The notes beneath the pieces are model-generated. The model was given only the letters and a program-made list of their open reading frames with translations, did no database searches and had not been told where the DNA came from. The translations under genes were made by a program, and so were the position numbers. Shown piece after piece: positions 17,105 through 25,955 of a DNA stretch of 64,000 bases. How positions within the stretch are numbered: the first letter of the stretch is position 1; every line of letters begins with the position of its first letter. Source of the stretch: Acidobacteriota bacterium (lineage in GTDB: Bacteria > Acidobacteriota > Vicinamibacteria > Vicinamibacterales > UBA2999); contig JACPTI010000030.1 in assembly GCA_016192845.1 (NCBI GenBank), positions 1,281 to 65,280 of the forward strand, in the 5' to 3' direction.

Positions 17105-18101
17105 ATTTCTCCTTTTCCCAGCTCTGGAGTGTCCGGATGTAGCCTGCGCGCTCCAGTGCGGCGGGATCCGTCACGCGCTGCAGGCTCGCGTCGCCGCGCA
17201 TCTCGTCGACGCTCGGGACCTCGTGCCGCTCCATCCACTCCAAGAGGCCCTGCCGCATCACGTCGATGTATTTCGATCCGTAGCGGAGCAGTGCCGATAC
17301 CATCTGCACGGCGTCGGCGCCGGAGAGGATCGCCTTGATGCCGTCCTCCGGCTGGTCGATGCCGCCGGTGATCGCCAGCGACGGGCGCACCCGGCCGTAC
17401 AGGATGGCCAGCCAGTGCAGCCGGAGCAGCAACTCGCTCGCCGACGAGAGCTCGACGTGCACGCAGACCTTCATGGTGGTGAGATCGATGTCGGTCTGAT
17501 AGAAGCGATTGAAGAGCACGAGGCCGTCGGCGCCGGCCTCGTCAAATTGCCGCGCCATATGTCCGAATGCGGTGAAGAACGGCGAGACCTTCACCGAGAC
17601 CGGAATGCGGAGGATGCGCTTCACTTCCCGTACGATGCCGGCGAGCCGTTCCTCGACGACCGCACCGGGCGTGTGAAGGTCTGCCACCACCTCGTACAGG
17701 TTCAACTCGATGGCGTCGGCGCCCGCCTGCTCGATCACGCGCGCGAACTTGAGCCACGATTCCGGTGAGGTGCCGTTCAGCGAGCCGACCACGGGAATGT
17801 CGACGGCCTGCTTCACGCGCCGGACGTGCTCGGCGTACGCGTCGGGGCCGAGCGGGTACTCCTCGGCCGCCGGAAATGCCGCCAGCGACCGCGCGAAGGC
17901 GACATCCGCCTTGTCCATGTGCCGGATGCGCCCCTGCCGCGCTGCCGTGATCTGTTCCTCGAACAACGAATGGAGCACGACGGCCGCGCACCCGCCGTCC
18001 TCGAGGCGGCGGACCGTGTCGAGGTGATGCCCGAACGGCGATGCCCCGGCGATGAACGGGTGTGAGAGGCGGAGTCCGAGGTACGACGTATCGGTCCGCA
18101 C
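17052..18101 (-). CDS. dihydroorotate dehydrogenase-like protein (class 1 PyrD-like TIM barrel)
   Basis: GTG 18101 (VRTDTSYLGLRLSHPFIAGASP...). ...VVGSLNG..., AIELNLY, VKVSPFF, GLVLFNRF and ITGGI motifs. The upstream part of ORF 17052-18518 is an Arg/Gly-rich artefact. Confidence 0.75.
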   Translation of the reverse strand: MRTDTSYLGLRLSHPFIAGASPFGHHLDTVRRLEDGGCAAVVLHSLFEEQITAARQGRIRHMDKADVAFARSLAAFPAAEEYPLGPDAYAEHVRRVKQAVDIPVVGSLNGTSPESWLKFARVIEQAGADAIELNLYEVVADLHTPGAVVEERLAGIVREVKRILRIPVSVKVSPFFTAFGHMARQFDEAGADGLVLFNRFYQTDIDLTTMKVCVHVELSSASELLLRLHWLAILYGRVRPSLAITGGIDQPEDGIKAILSGADAVQMVSALLRYGSKYIDVMRQGLLEWMERHEVPSVDEMRGDASLQRVTDPAALERAGYIRTLQSWEKEKYGHPLDGSRTHTAGDDR

Positions 18102-18112
18102 CGCCCCGCTTC

Positions 18113-18565
18113 TCAGTCCGCAATCGTGCTGGCGACGTCGATCGCGTGGATGCGATCGGTCGCCTTTCGTATTGCGTCCCGCTGCGCCTCCACGATCTCG
18201 CTGACGGTGGGCGGGAGCATTCCGTCGAGCGCGTCCTCGTACGCCCGCCAGGCGGCGTGTTCGCCGCGCTGGGCCTCCGCCAGGATGTGGTGATCGTGGT
18301 CGCCCGGCACCAGTCCCTTGAGCACCATCCACGTGCGGTGGAGTGCGCCCGCGCCCGTGCCCTCCGCGTCCGGCATCCCGCCCAGCCGCTGGAGGTGCGG
18401 CAGGAGCTCCTCGGCGAACCGTTTCCGCTGCGCCGCCAGCTCTGTGAAGAGCGACTTCAGCGCCGGGTCGCCCACGTGATCCGCCGCCGCACGGAACCCG
18501 CGCTCTCCGTCCCGGCACCGATCGATCAGGTGGTGGAGCACATCTCGTTCGGTTCGTTCGGCCAT
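18113..18565 (-). CDS. four-helix-bundle (PA2169/DUF2383-like, ferritin-like) protein
   Basis: ATG 18565 preceded by GGGAGGA. The sequence DVLHHLIDRCRDGERGFRAAADHV...LFTELAAQR..F..EL is typical of this family (assignment from memory). Confidence 0.55.
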   Translation of the reverse strand: MAERTERDVLHHLIDRCRDGERGFRAAADHVGDPALKSLFTELAAQRKRFAEELLPHLQRLGGMPDAEGTGAGALHRTWMVLKGLVPGDHDHHILAEAQRGEHAAWRAYEDALDGMLPPTVSEIVEAQRDAIRKATDRIHAIDVASTIAD

Positions 18566-18734
18566 CGCATCCTCCCGCGACTGCAGCCGCGGCGTCTCGA
18601 CTGCCGCGCCCGTCACGGGCGGTGCAGATTGCAGGCCAACGGTTTCCATCGGCGTCAGACGCCTGTCGGGGCCTCGGCTCTGGGTGGCCGGAGATACTCC
18701 GCCGCGGCGCGGAATAGTTCGCGCCGCCCGACGG

Positions 18735-19070
18735 TCAGCGGGGCGGCTCGGGTTCTTTGGCCGGCTCCTCCAGGTAGCGCGTGTGGCAGTTCTCGCACGT
18801 CGTGTACACGTCGTCGGAAGCCGGCGCGAGCGCGTCGGCGTTCTTTGTCTGGAGCGTCTCGGCCGCCTTCCTCAGCGCGCCCCACTTTTCGTCGGTGGTG
18901 GGCGGCTCGGAGGCGGCCTCGAAGATCGCGTCTGAGGCGGGGATCGTCATGCTGGTCATCACGTCCCTGACCGTCGCCGGCGCAGCCGAGCGATCCTGCC
19001 GGGCCGGCGCAGAGGTAGACGCGAGGAGGACCCCCGCCGCGGCAAGCACGAAAGAAGCGGTTCGGCACAT
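18735..19070 (-). CDS. small secreted c-type cytochrome (C-terminal CxxCH, cytochrome c'-like layout)
   Basis: Internal ATG 19070 (MCRTASFVLAAAGVLLAS signal). A single heme motif CENCH lies near the C-terminus. Confidence 0.55.
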   Translation of the reverse strand: MCRTASFVLAAAGVLLASTSAPARQDRSAAPATVRDVMTSMTIPASDAIFEAASEPPTTDEKWGALRKAAETLQTKNADALAPASDDVYTTCENCHTRYLEEPAKEPEPPR

Positions 19071-19308
19071 ACCGGCGGCCCGCGTGCAGATTGTGCGCCA
19101 GCGCCCGGAGGCGGGTGCGCAAGCGCCCGGCCGCGGCGTGTGCGAAGTAGTCCGCACCGCGCCACGAAATTGTCCGCACCATGCCCTCTGCGGCGGCGGA
19201 TCACCCGTGTACGGGCGCAGGCCTCGGGCCGAGGACGATCCGGTACGGTTGATGCTGCTACTGTCGCCGGACGCCGCTGCACGCACACGCGTCGGGAGCG
19301 ATCAGGCC

Positions 19309-19875
19309 ATGCGGGTCACTCAAGCCGTCGGTATCGGGTTGCTTGGGTGCGCCGCGATCCTCAGCGCGTGGTCGGGTGCAGCGGCGTTTGCACCCACGGA
19401 TGACCAGGAGGTCGCGGCGCGGCTCTTCACGGACCGCGTCGAGCGGTACGTGCGGCTTCGTACGCGGCTGGAGGAGCCGCTGCCGCCGTTCGACCTGCGC
19501 CGAGACCCCTGGTCGCGACTGCTCACGCGACGGTACCTCGCCTCCGCCATCCGCACGGCGCGCGCCCAGGCGAAGCCGGGCGACATCTTCGGACCGCCGG
19601 TCGACGGGCTCTTCCGGGAGGCGATCACCAGGGCAATCTACGAGGTCGACATCGAAGGGCTCGTCGACGGCGGCGCCGAATCGCCCATCGATCTGATGGT
19701 CAACGAGCCGGTTCCGGAGTGGGCGCTGCATGACGTCCCGCGGAAGCTCCTCGAACGGCTCCCGCCGCTGCCGGCGGCCCTCGCGTATCGAATCGCCTGC
19801 GGCGCTCTCGTGCTCTGGGACGAGCACGCCGAAATCGTCATCGACGCGCTGCCGGACGCGTTTGTCACGCGGTGA
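19309..19875 (+). CDS. secreted hypothetical protein
   Basis: ATG 19309 (MRVTQAVGIGLLGCAAILSAWSGAAA). Good GC3 bias. No motif recognised. Confidence 0.5.
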   Translation: MRVTQAVGIGLLGCAAILSAWSGAAAFAPTDDQEVAARLFTDRVERYVRLRTRLEEPLPPFDLRRDPWSRLLTRRYLASAIRTARAQAKPGDIFGPPVDGLFREAITRAIYEVDIEGLVDGGAESPIDLMVNEPVPEWALHDVPRKLLERLPPLPAALAYRIACGALVLWDEHAEIVIDALPDAFVTR

Positions 19876-19901
19876 GGACCCTCGACGGGAAGGAGGTTGT
19901 C

Positions 19902-20156
19902 ATGTCACGAACGAAGCTCGTGTTGGCGCTGGCGGGTGTGACGCTGGCGGCGGGCGCGGCCGGATGGGCCTTCGGCCTGCTGTCGGCGCCGGTGTCGGGC
20001 AAGGAACTGCGGCGCCGGCTCGCCTGGCGCGCCGAGGAGGAGTGCCGGGGCGCCTCGAAGGCAAGCCGCGCGTTCCTGGGCCGTGTGGTCAGTCGGGCCA
20101 AAGCCGAGATCGACCACCAGCGCGCCCGGCTCGGCGAGACGATGACCCACGGTTGA
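19902..20156 (+). CDS. YtxH-like small membrane-anchored protein
   Basis: GGAAGGAGG upstream of ATG 19902. TM segment followed by SAPVSGKELRRRL... (YtxH-type). Confidence 0.55.
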   Translation: MSRTKLVLALAGVTLAAGAAGWAFGLLSAPVSGKELRRRLAWRAEEECRGASKASRAFLGRVVSRAKAEIDHQRARLGETMTHG

Positions 20157-20161
20157 GTCGC

Positions 20162-21199
20162 GTGCGGACGATCGCCGGCGCGCGTATCGGCGTTCTGGCT
20201 CTGGCGATCGTCGCGGCACGGAGTGTCACCGGCACCGACGTCACGACCTCGGTACCTGACCCTTTCGCATTTCTCCCGCCGGGCGTCGAGATGAACGGCG
20301 CCGACCGAGGCAGGCTCGACGCCGGCAGGACCGTGATTCGGGTGCTGCCCGGCCGCGATCGCGAGCTCGCGCTCATGGCGGCAGTGCGGATCGACGCGCC
20401 GCCCGAACGGCTGCTCTCGTGGACGAGCCGCATTGCGCCGCTGCTCCAGAGCCGCTACGTCCCGATCGTCGTTCGCTTTTCGAGCCCGCCGCGCATCGAA
20501 GACCTCTCCGCGCTGGAGCTCGAGGAGGGCGACCTGAACGATCTGCGCAACTGCCGGCCGGGCGACTGCGGCGTCAAGCTGAGCGCGGGCGACATCGCAC
20601 GGCTGCAGCAGCGCATCACCGGAAGATCCGACTGGAAGCCGGGGGTGCAACAGGAGTTCCGCCGCATCGTGCTCGATCGAACGGCGACCTATCTCAGCGA
20701 CGGCGATCTCGGGCTGCCGCCATACAACGATCATCGCGATCCGATTGCCGCCGACGCTGAATTCGCCTCGCTGATTCGCCGGCTCGGGCTGCTGCCCCCC
20801 GGCATCTCCGAATACCTGCAGGCCTACCCGCGTATCGGCCACCCCGACGTCGTCGAGTCCTTCCTCTACTGGTCGAAGGAAACGCTCGGCGGCAAGCCGA
20901 TCGTGTCGGTCACACATGCGGCGCTCGTGCGCGGGGCCGGCTCGACCGGCGCTCCGGCGCTGGTGGTCTCCAAGCAGGTGTTCGCCACGCACTACCGGAC
21001 AGGCGCCGTGTCAATGACGGCGATCGCCGGGTCGAGTCCGAACCGGTCTCTCGTCTACCTGCACCGGTCGCACGTCGACGTGCTGCAGGGCTTCTTTGCC
21101 GGGCTCGTGCGCCGCATCGTCGAAGGACGGATCCGCGACGAAGCGCCTGCCGTGCTCAACGCGATTCGCGCCCGCCTCGAACGGAGCAATCCGCCGTAG
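20162..21199 (+). CDS. conserved hypothetical protein (paralog of 58649-59740)
   Basis: GTG 20162 (or TTG 20153). Shares PPERL..WT, C..GDC..KL, LPPY.D..DP, ESF.YWSKE, VS.THA, K.(V/I)FA.HY, LVYL.RS..D and EGRIR.. with the second copy. Confidence 0.7.
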   Translation: MRTIAGARIGVLALAIVAARSVTGTDVTTSVPDPFAFLPPGVEMNGADRGRLDAGRTVIRVLPGRDRELALMAAVRIDAPPERLLSWTSRIAPLLQSRYVPIVVRFSSPPRIEDLSALELEEGDLNDLRNCRPGDCGVKLSAGDIARLQQRITGRSDWKPGVQQEFRRIVLDRTATYLSDGDLGLPPYNDHRDPIAADAEFASLIRRLGLLPPGISEYLQAYPRIGHPDVVESFLYWSKETLGGKPIVSVTHAALVRGAGSTGAPALVVSKQVFATHYRTGAVSMTAIAGSSPNRSLVYLHRSHVDVLQGFFAGLVRRIVEGRIRDEAPAVLNAIRARLERSNPP

Positions 21200-21255
21200 G
21201 ACCTGCACGGGGGTTCCGCTGCGAAATTTTTCGCGGTAAGCTAGGGCTCACTCCC

Positions 21256-22338
21256 GTGAAGGCTCCCAATTCCGGCAACCACGCCGCGCAGGTGCTGGCG
21301 GCGATCATCGACTCCGCCGTCGACGGCATCATCGTCATCGACGCGCAGGGGCGGATTGAGACGTTCAATCCCGCCGCCGAGCGCCTCTTCGGCTACCAGG
21401 AATCTGAGGTCATCGGGCGCAACGTGTCGATGCTGATGCCCTCGCCCTACCGCGAGGAGCACGACGGCTATGTCGCCCGCTACCTGGCGACCGGCGAGGC
21501 CAAGATCATCGGCATCGGACGCGAAGTGCACGCCAAGCGGCGCGACGGGACGATCTTCCCGGTGCACCTGGCGGTCGGCGAGATGACCGTCGACGGGGAG
21601 CGCAAGTTCACCGGCATCATCCACGACCTGAGCGCCCGCGTGCTGATGGAGGAGCAGCTGCGCGAGCAGGCGGCGCTGGTGCGGCTCGGCGAGATGGCCG
21701 CCGTCATCGCGCACGAGATCAAGAACCCGCTGGCCGGCATCCGCGGCGCCGTGCAGGTGATCGCCGACCGGCTTGCGACCGGGAGCCGTGAGGCGGCCGT
21801 TGGGGGCGAGATCGTCGCGCGGATCGACGCGCTGAACGCGCTGATCCAGGACCTGCTGCTGTTTGCCCGTCCGCCCCAGCCGAGGCCGGCGCGCGTCGAG
21901 GTCCCCTCGGTGGTCGCGACGACGATCGAGCTCCTGCGCGACGACCCGGCGGTCGCTCACGTCGACATCGACGTCGAGGGGACGTCGCCACCGGTGCTGG
22001 CCGATCCGGAGCTGCTGAAGATCGTGTTCCAGAACCTGCTGATCAACAGCGCCCAGGCGATGCAGGGGCGCGGCCGCATCCGTGTTGCGATCGGGACCAC
22101 CGACGGCGGCTGCGAGGTGAGATTCGTCGACAGCGGACCGGGAATCCCGGCGGAGATCCGGGACAAGGTGTTCGCCCCATTCTTCACGACCAAGACGCGG
22201 GGCACCGGGCTCGGGCTGGCCACGGCCAAGCGGCTGATCGAGGCACACCGTGGCGCCATCCGAGTCGAGTCGCCGCCCGGCGGCGGCGCGGCGGTCACCG
22301 TGCAGCTGCCGCTGGCCGATGCGGGCACCGCAGTCTGA
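21256..22338 (+). CDS. PAS-domain sensor histidine kinase
   Basis: PAS region (IIVIDAQGRIETFNPAAERLFGY...), H-box (IAHEIKNPL), N box (LLINSAQA) and G boxes (DSGPGIP, GTGLGLA). Confidence 0.9.
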   Translation: MKAPNSGNHAAQVLAAIIDSAVDGIIVIDAQGRIETFNPAAERLFGYQESEVIGRNVSMLMPSPYREEHDGYVARYLATGEAKIIGIGREVHAKRRDGTIFPVHLAVGEMTVDGERKFTGIIHDLSARVLMEEQLREQAALVRLGEMAAVIAHEIKNPLAGIRGAVQVIADRLATGSREAAVGGEIVARIDALNALIQDLLLFARPPQPRPARVEVPSVVATTIELLRDDPAVAHVDIDVEGTSPPVLADPELLKIVFQNLLINSAQAMQGRGRIRVAIGTTDGGCEVRFVDSGPGIPAEIRDKVFAPFFTTKTRGTGLGLATAKRLIEAHRGAIRVESPPGGGAAVTVQLPLADAGTAV

Positions 22339-22386
22339 CGCGTTGGACCGCTTCTTGAAAGACACCCCGCAGTAACCCTGAAAGTC

Positions 22387-22803
22387 GTGATGATGCAAGC
22401 CCCGCATCTTCGCGTGCTCGTCGTCGAAGACGAGGCGCTCATCCGCTGGTCGATAGCCGAAACGCTCGCCGAGCACGGTCATTCGGTGGTCGAAGCGGGC
22501 AGCGCGGCGACCGCCGTGCAAGCGCTCCACGATCTGCCTCAGCCGATCGACGTGGTGCTGCTCGATCTCCGGCTGCCCGATTCGAGCAATCTGGATCTGC
22601 TGGCCAGCATTCGGCGTCTGCGGCCGGAGAGTGCGGTCGTGATGATGACCGCCTACGACTCGCCGGAAGTCGCCCGGCACGCCTTGGAGCTTGGCGCGTA
22701 CCGCGTCCTCGACAAGCCGTTCGACCTGCACGCCCTCGAACACCTGCTGATCGAGGCGCACAGCGCACGCAACCACGCGGCGTCCGGCACGTCGCCGCAC
22801 TGA
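22387..22803 (+). CDS. single-domain response regulator (receiver)
   Basis: LRVLVVEDE, ...VVLLDLRLPD and ...MMTAY... receiver motifs. The start could be ATG 22390 or 22393. Confidence 0.85.
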   Translation: MMMQAPHLRVLVVEDEALIRWSIAETLAEHGHSVVEAGSAATAVQALHDLPQPIDVVLLDLRLPDSSNLDLLASIRRLRPESAVVMMTAYDSPEVARHALELGAYRVLDKPFDLHALEHLLIEAHSARNHAASGTSPH

Positions 22804-22932
22804 CCGCGCGAAATTCCCCACGTCTCAGTAAGTTTCCATTTGCCCCGGCGCGTGCGCCTCTCGGTGTCGGACGTTCGGCCGGCTGTGCGGTGGCCGCGCC
22901 CTTGCACCGTGAGCACGACAGGAGCGTTTCGA

Positions 22933-23169
22933 ATGTGGTGTTCGAAGTTGCTGCGGTCGACGCCGGCACGGATGCTGTTGGTGATCGTCGGACTGTCGCT
23001 CATCGTCTGGGGCAGCACGCACCCGTCGCTGACGGGACTCGTGCTCATGATGGTGGGGATGGTGCCGACCGTCAGCGGCCTCGCGGGTATCTGTCTGCTC
23101 GACGAGGTGCACCGCAGCCGCCGGGCCAGGAATCTCCCGCCCGGTCAGCCGCGCGAAGGCCGCGCGTAG
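22933..23169 (+). CDS. small two-TM protein (DUF2892/YgaP-like)
   Basis: Internal ATG 22933 (MWCSKLLRSTPARMLLVIVGLSLIVWG...MVPTVSGLAGICLL). Confidence 0.5.
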   Translation: MWCSKLLRSTPARMLLVIVGLSLIVWGSTHPSLTGLVLMMVGMVPTVSGLAGICLLDEVHRSRRARNLPPGQPREGRA

Positions 23170-23209
23170 CCCGGCGAGCCCGAGGCCGGGCGTCGGTGCG
23201 GAGGCCGTC

Positions 23210-23932
23210 ATGTTCGACCTCATTACCGGAGATGTGAAGCACACCCCGCAGCGGCGGGGAGCGTCGCTCCTCATCTCGATCGTGGCGCACACGGCGCTTG
23301 TCGCCGCTGTGTTCCTCAGCACCGTGCTGTTCATCGCGACGCCGGTCCCGCAGATGCAGACGATGATGGCGTTCGCGGCGGCGCCCCCGCCCCCGCCGCC
23401 GCCGCCTCCTCCTCCTCCCGCGCCGCCGCCGCCGGAGGCGCGGCGCGTGGACACGCCGGTCCCCACCTCTGGGAACGTGGCGCCGGTGACGGTGCCGACG
23501 GGAATCGCGCCCGAGCCTCCGCCGGTCGAGCGTGAAGTGTTCGCGGGCGTCGAGGGAGGCGTTCCGGGCGGCGTGGTCGGAGGGCTGCTGCCGGAGGCGC
23601 CGCCTCCGCCGCCGCCCCCGCCACCACCACCACCGCCGCCGCGCGCGCCGGTGCGCATCGGAGGACAAATCAAGGAGCCGAAGCTCGTCCATCGCGTCGA
23701 CCCCGAGTACCCGCTGCTCGGACTCGCGTCCCAGATCGAAGGGGTCGTCATCCTCGAGGCCATCGTGGACGAGGAAGGAGAGGTGGAGAGCGTCAAGGTC
23801 CTGCGCTCCGCCGGGATCTTCGACGAGTCGGCGCTCAAGGCGGTGCGGCAGTGGCGCTACTCGCCGGTAATCCTGAACGAGCGGCCCGAGAAGTTCATCC
23901 TGACGGTGGTCGTCTCGTTCAAGCTCCAATGA
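23210..23932 (+). CDS. tonB: energy transducer TonB
   Basis: N-terminal TM segment, two poly-Pro tracts, and a C-terminal TonB domain (PEYP...A....GVV.LE..V...G.V....VL.S.G....D.AA..AV..W.Y.P). Confidence 0.85.
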   Translation: MFDLITGDVKHTPQRRGASLLISIVAHTALVAAVFLSTVLFIATPVPQMQTMMAFAAAPPPPPPPPPPPPAPPPPEARRVDTPVPTSGNVAPVTVPTGIAPEPPPVEREVFAGVEGGVPGGVVGGLLPEAPPPPPPPPPPPPPPRAPVRIGGQIKEPKLVHRVDPEYPLLGLASQIEGVVILEAIVDEEGEVESVKVLRSAGIFDESALKAVRQWRYSPVILNERPEKFILTVVVSFKLQ

Positions 23933-24126
23933 AGCTCTCGGTCATCGCCCTCGATTACGACGGCACGATCACACAGCGTGACGGAGTCGATCCGGCGGTG
24001 CGCGAGGCGATTGCCGAGGCGCGCACCCGCGGCATCCTCGTCATGCTCGTTACCGGGCGGATTCTCCTGGGTGAGGAACGCCCATTGCAGAGGACGCCAT
24101 GGAGGCAGTTATGCGAATGCGTGTGA
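23929..24126 (+). pseudogene. HAD-superfamily hydrolase, N-terminal fragment only
   Basis: MKLSVIALDYDGTITQRDG...ARTRGILVMLVTGR matches HAD motifs I and II, but the frame then degenerates and stops after 65 codons. HAD-IIB proteins are roughly 250 aa. Confidence 0.55.
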
Positions 24127-24440
24127 CAGTGGCGGCGGCGCTCGTCGTCGGCGTGCTGACGATGTGGGGCTTCGCGCAGCAGTCTCAACCGAACGCGCCC
24201 GACATGATGAAAATGCACGAGCAGATGATGGCCGAGATGAAGGCGGGGGACGCGAAGCTCGACGCGCTGGTCGCGCAGATGAACGCCGCGTCCGGCGCCG
24301 CGAAGGTCGACACCGTCGCCGCGGTGGTGACCGAGCTCGTGCGTCAGCAGAAAGCGATGCATCAACACATGGGGCAGATGCATACGCAGATGATGGGGCG
24401 CGGGATGATGGGCGGCCGTGGCATGATGAGAGGACAGTGA
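24111..24440 (+). CDS. secreted Met/His-rich protein (possible periplasmic Cu(I)/metal binder)
   Basis: GGAGG 5 nt upstream of ATG 24111. Signal peptide, then MMKMHEQMMAEM...MHQHMGQMHTQMMGRGMMGGRGMM. Confidence 0.6.
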   Translation: MRMRVTVAAALVVGVLTMWGFAQQSQPNAPDMMKMHEQMMAEMKAGDAKLDALVAQMNAASGAAKVDTVAAVVTELVRQQKAMHQHMGQMHTQMMGRGMMGGRGMMRGQ

Positions 24441-24901
24441 AAGAGCTCCCTCACCACTATGACGCCCGGCTGACGGGCGGGCCTTCCGGCTATGCCGAGG
24501 TGCGATCCGCCGGCCTGGCCGTGCTGCCCGTGGCGCCGCCGGTCGAGTACGACGGCCCGGGCGACGCCTGGAGCCCTGAGCACCTGCTCCTCGCCTCCGT
24601 CCAGGCGTGTTATCTGTTCACGCTCCGCGCGGTGGCGCGGCTGTCGAAGGTCGAGTTCACGCATCTGGAGGTCGATGCGGCCGGCACCGTGGATCGGCAG
24701 GAGGGCGCCACGCGGTTCGTGGAGATCGTTCTCCGCCCGACATTGACCGTGCCCGCGGGCCTCGACCGCGCGCGCGTGCTCACCGTGCTGGAGAAGGCGA
24801 AGAAGGCGTGCCTCGTCTCGGCGTCGCTCTCGACGCCGATCCGCCTCGAACCGGAGATTCGGGAGGCGCCGGCGTCCGTTGCGGCTGCTGCGGCTCGCTG
24901 A
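24437..24901 (+). CDS. OsmC/Ohr family protein
   Basis: The GTG start overlaps the upstream stop (GTGA). SPEHLLLASVQACYLFTL and KACLVSASL are the two conserved Cys regions of OsmC. Confidence 0.75.
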   Translation: MKELPHHYDARLTGGPSGYAEVRSAGLAVLPVAPPVEYDGPGDAWSPEHLLLASVQACYLFTLRAVARLSKVEFTHLEVDAAGTVDRQEGATRFVEIVLRPTLTVPAGLDRARVLTVLEKAKKACLVSASLSTPIRLEPEIREAPASVAAAAAR

Positions 24902-25223
24902 GCGGGCGCTGTCACGACAGTCAGCCTCCTTCCTCGTCCACGTGGACGACGGCGCGATGCCGCCAACCGCAATCGCAATGATGATGAGGTAGGCGAGCAG
25001 CCTCATAGCGTCAAATCCGCTATGACGCAGGGGCAGTGCCACTCCCTCAGGCGCGATCCGCGTCCGGCCGCGGGCGCAGTCGCTTCGCGCATGACGAACT
25101 ATTCCACATGGCGCGGGGATTCCCGCACCTCTGCCGGTGTGTGACGCAGGCGTTCGCCGCTCCTCTGCCGCCGGGGGCTCGCCTCGTCGCGGCATGGAAT
25201 GTGTTCGATCACCTGGGTGGGTC

Positions 25224-25955
25224 ATGCGTGCCGCCTCCGTTGCAGCCGGGCTCGAGCCGATCTTCACCGCCCGCGGCGTGCGGAAGGTCTACGAGATGGG
25301 GGAGGTCACCGTCGAAGCGCTGCGCGGCGTGGACTTCGATCTCTTCGAGGGCGAGTTCGTCGTGCTGCTCGGCCCGTCGGGCTCCGGCAAATCGACGCTG
25401 CTCAACATCCTCGGCGGGCTCGACGTGCCCACCTCGGGCGAGGTGCTGTACCGCGACCACGACCTCACCGTGGCCGACGATGCCGCGCTGACGATCTACA
25501 GGCGCGACCACGTCGGGTTCGTGTTCCAGTTCTACAACTTGATTCCGAGCCTGACGGCGCTCGAGAACGTGGCGCTCGTCACCGACATCGTCGCGCACCC
25601 GATGCGGCCGGAGGAGGCGCTCGCGCTCGTCGGCCTCGGGCACCGGCTCGACCACTTTCCGGCGCAGCTCTCGGGCGGCGAGCAGCAGCGCGTCGCCATC
25701 GCGCGCGCCATCGCCAAGCGCCCCGAGGTGCTGTTGTGCGACGAACCGACCGGCTCGCTCGACATCAGCACTGGCGTGCTCGTGCTCGAAGCGCTCGAGC
25801 GCGTCAATCGCGAGCTCGGGACCGCGACGGCCGTCATCACGCACAACGCGGCGATTGCGGCGATGGCCGATCGCGTCGTGCGGCTCGCCGACGGCCGCGT
25901 TGCGGGCGTCCAGGCGAACACGCGGAAGGCGACCGCGAGGGAGCTCCAGTGGTGA
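25224..25955 (+). CDS. ABC transporter ATP-binding protein (MacB/LolD-like)
   Basis: Walker [11 protein letters not shown]-loop, signature [14 protein letters not shown] and Walker B VLLCDEPT. Confidence 0.9.
   Translation: MRAASVAAGLEPIFTARGVRKVYEMGEVTVEALRGVDFDLFEGEFVVLLGPSGSGKSTLLNILGGLDVPTSGEVLYRDHDLTVADDAALTIYRRDHVGFVFQFYNLIPSLTALENVALVTDIVAHPMRPEEALALVGLGHRLDHFPAQLSGGEQQRVAIARAIAKRPEVLLCDEPTGSLDISTGVLVLEALERVNRELGTATAVITHNAAIAAMADRVVRLADGRVAGVQANTRKATARELQW

Noticed and set aside
17052-18518. Full 488-aa ORF as the dihydroorotate-dehydrogenase-like gene.
   Set aside because: The first 139 codons are Arg/Gly/Pro-rich with no homology-like features, and they overlap the four-helix-bundle gene's frame region. 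The GTG at 18101 gives the family-typical N-terminus (..YLGL.L..P...ASP).
23380-23650. Repetitive CCG/CCC tracts.
   Set aside because: They are in frame within tonB and encode the poly-proline spacer. They are not CRISPR or another non-coding repeat.
24902-25014. Minus-strand ORF starting MRLLAYLIIIAIAVGG (TM-like), next to a small palindrome CATAGCG-N7-CGCTATG.
   Set aside because: The frame has no stop until 24362, so it would run antisense through the whole OsmC gene. It has no SD sequence and is probably not a gene.
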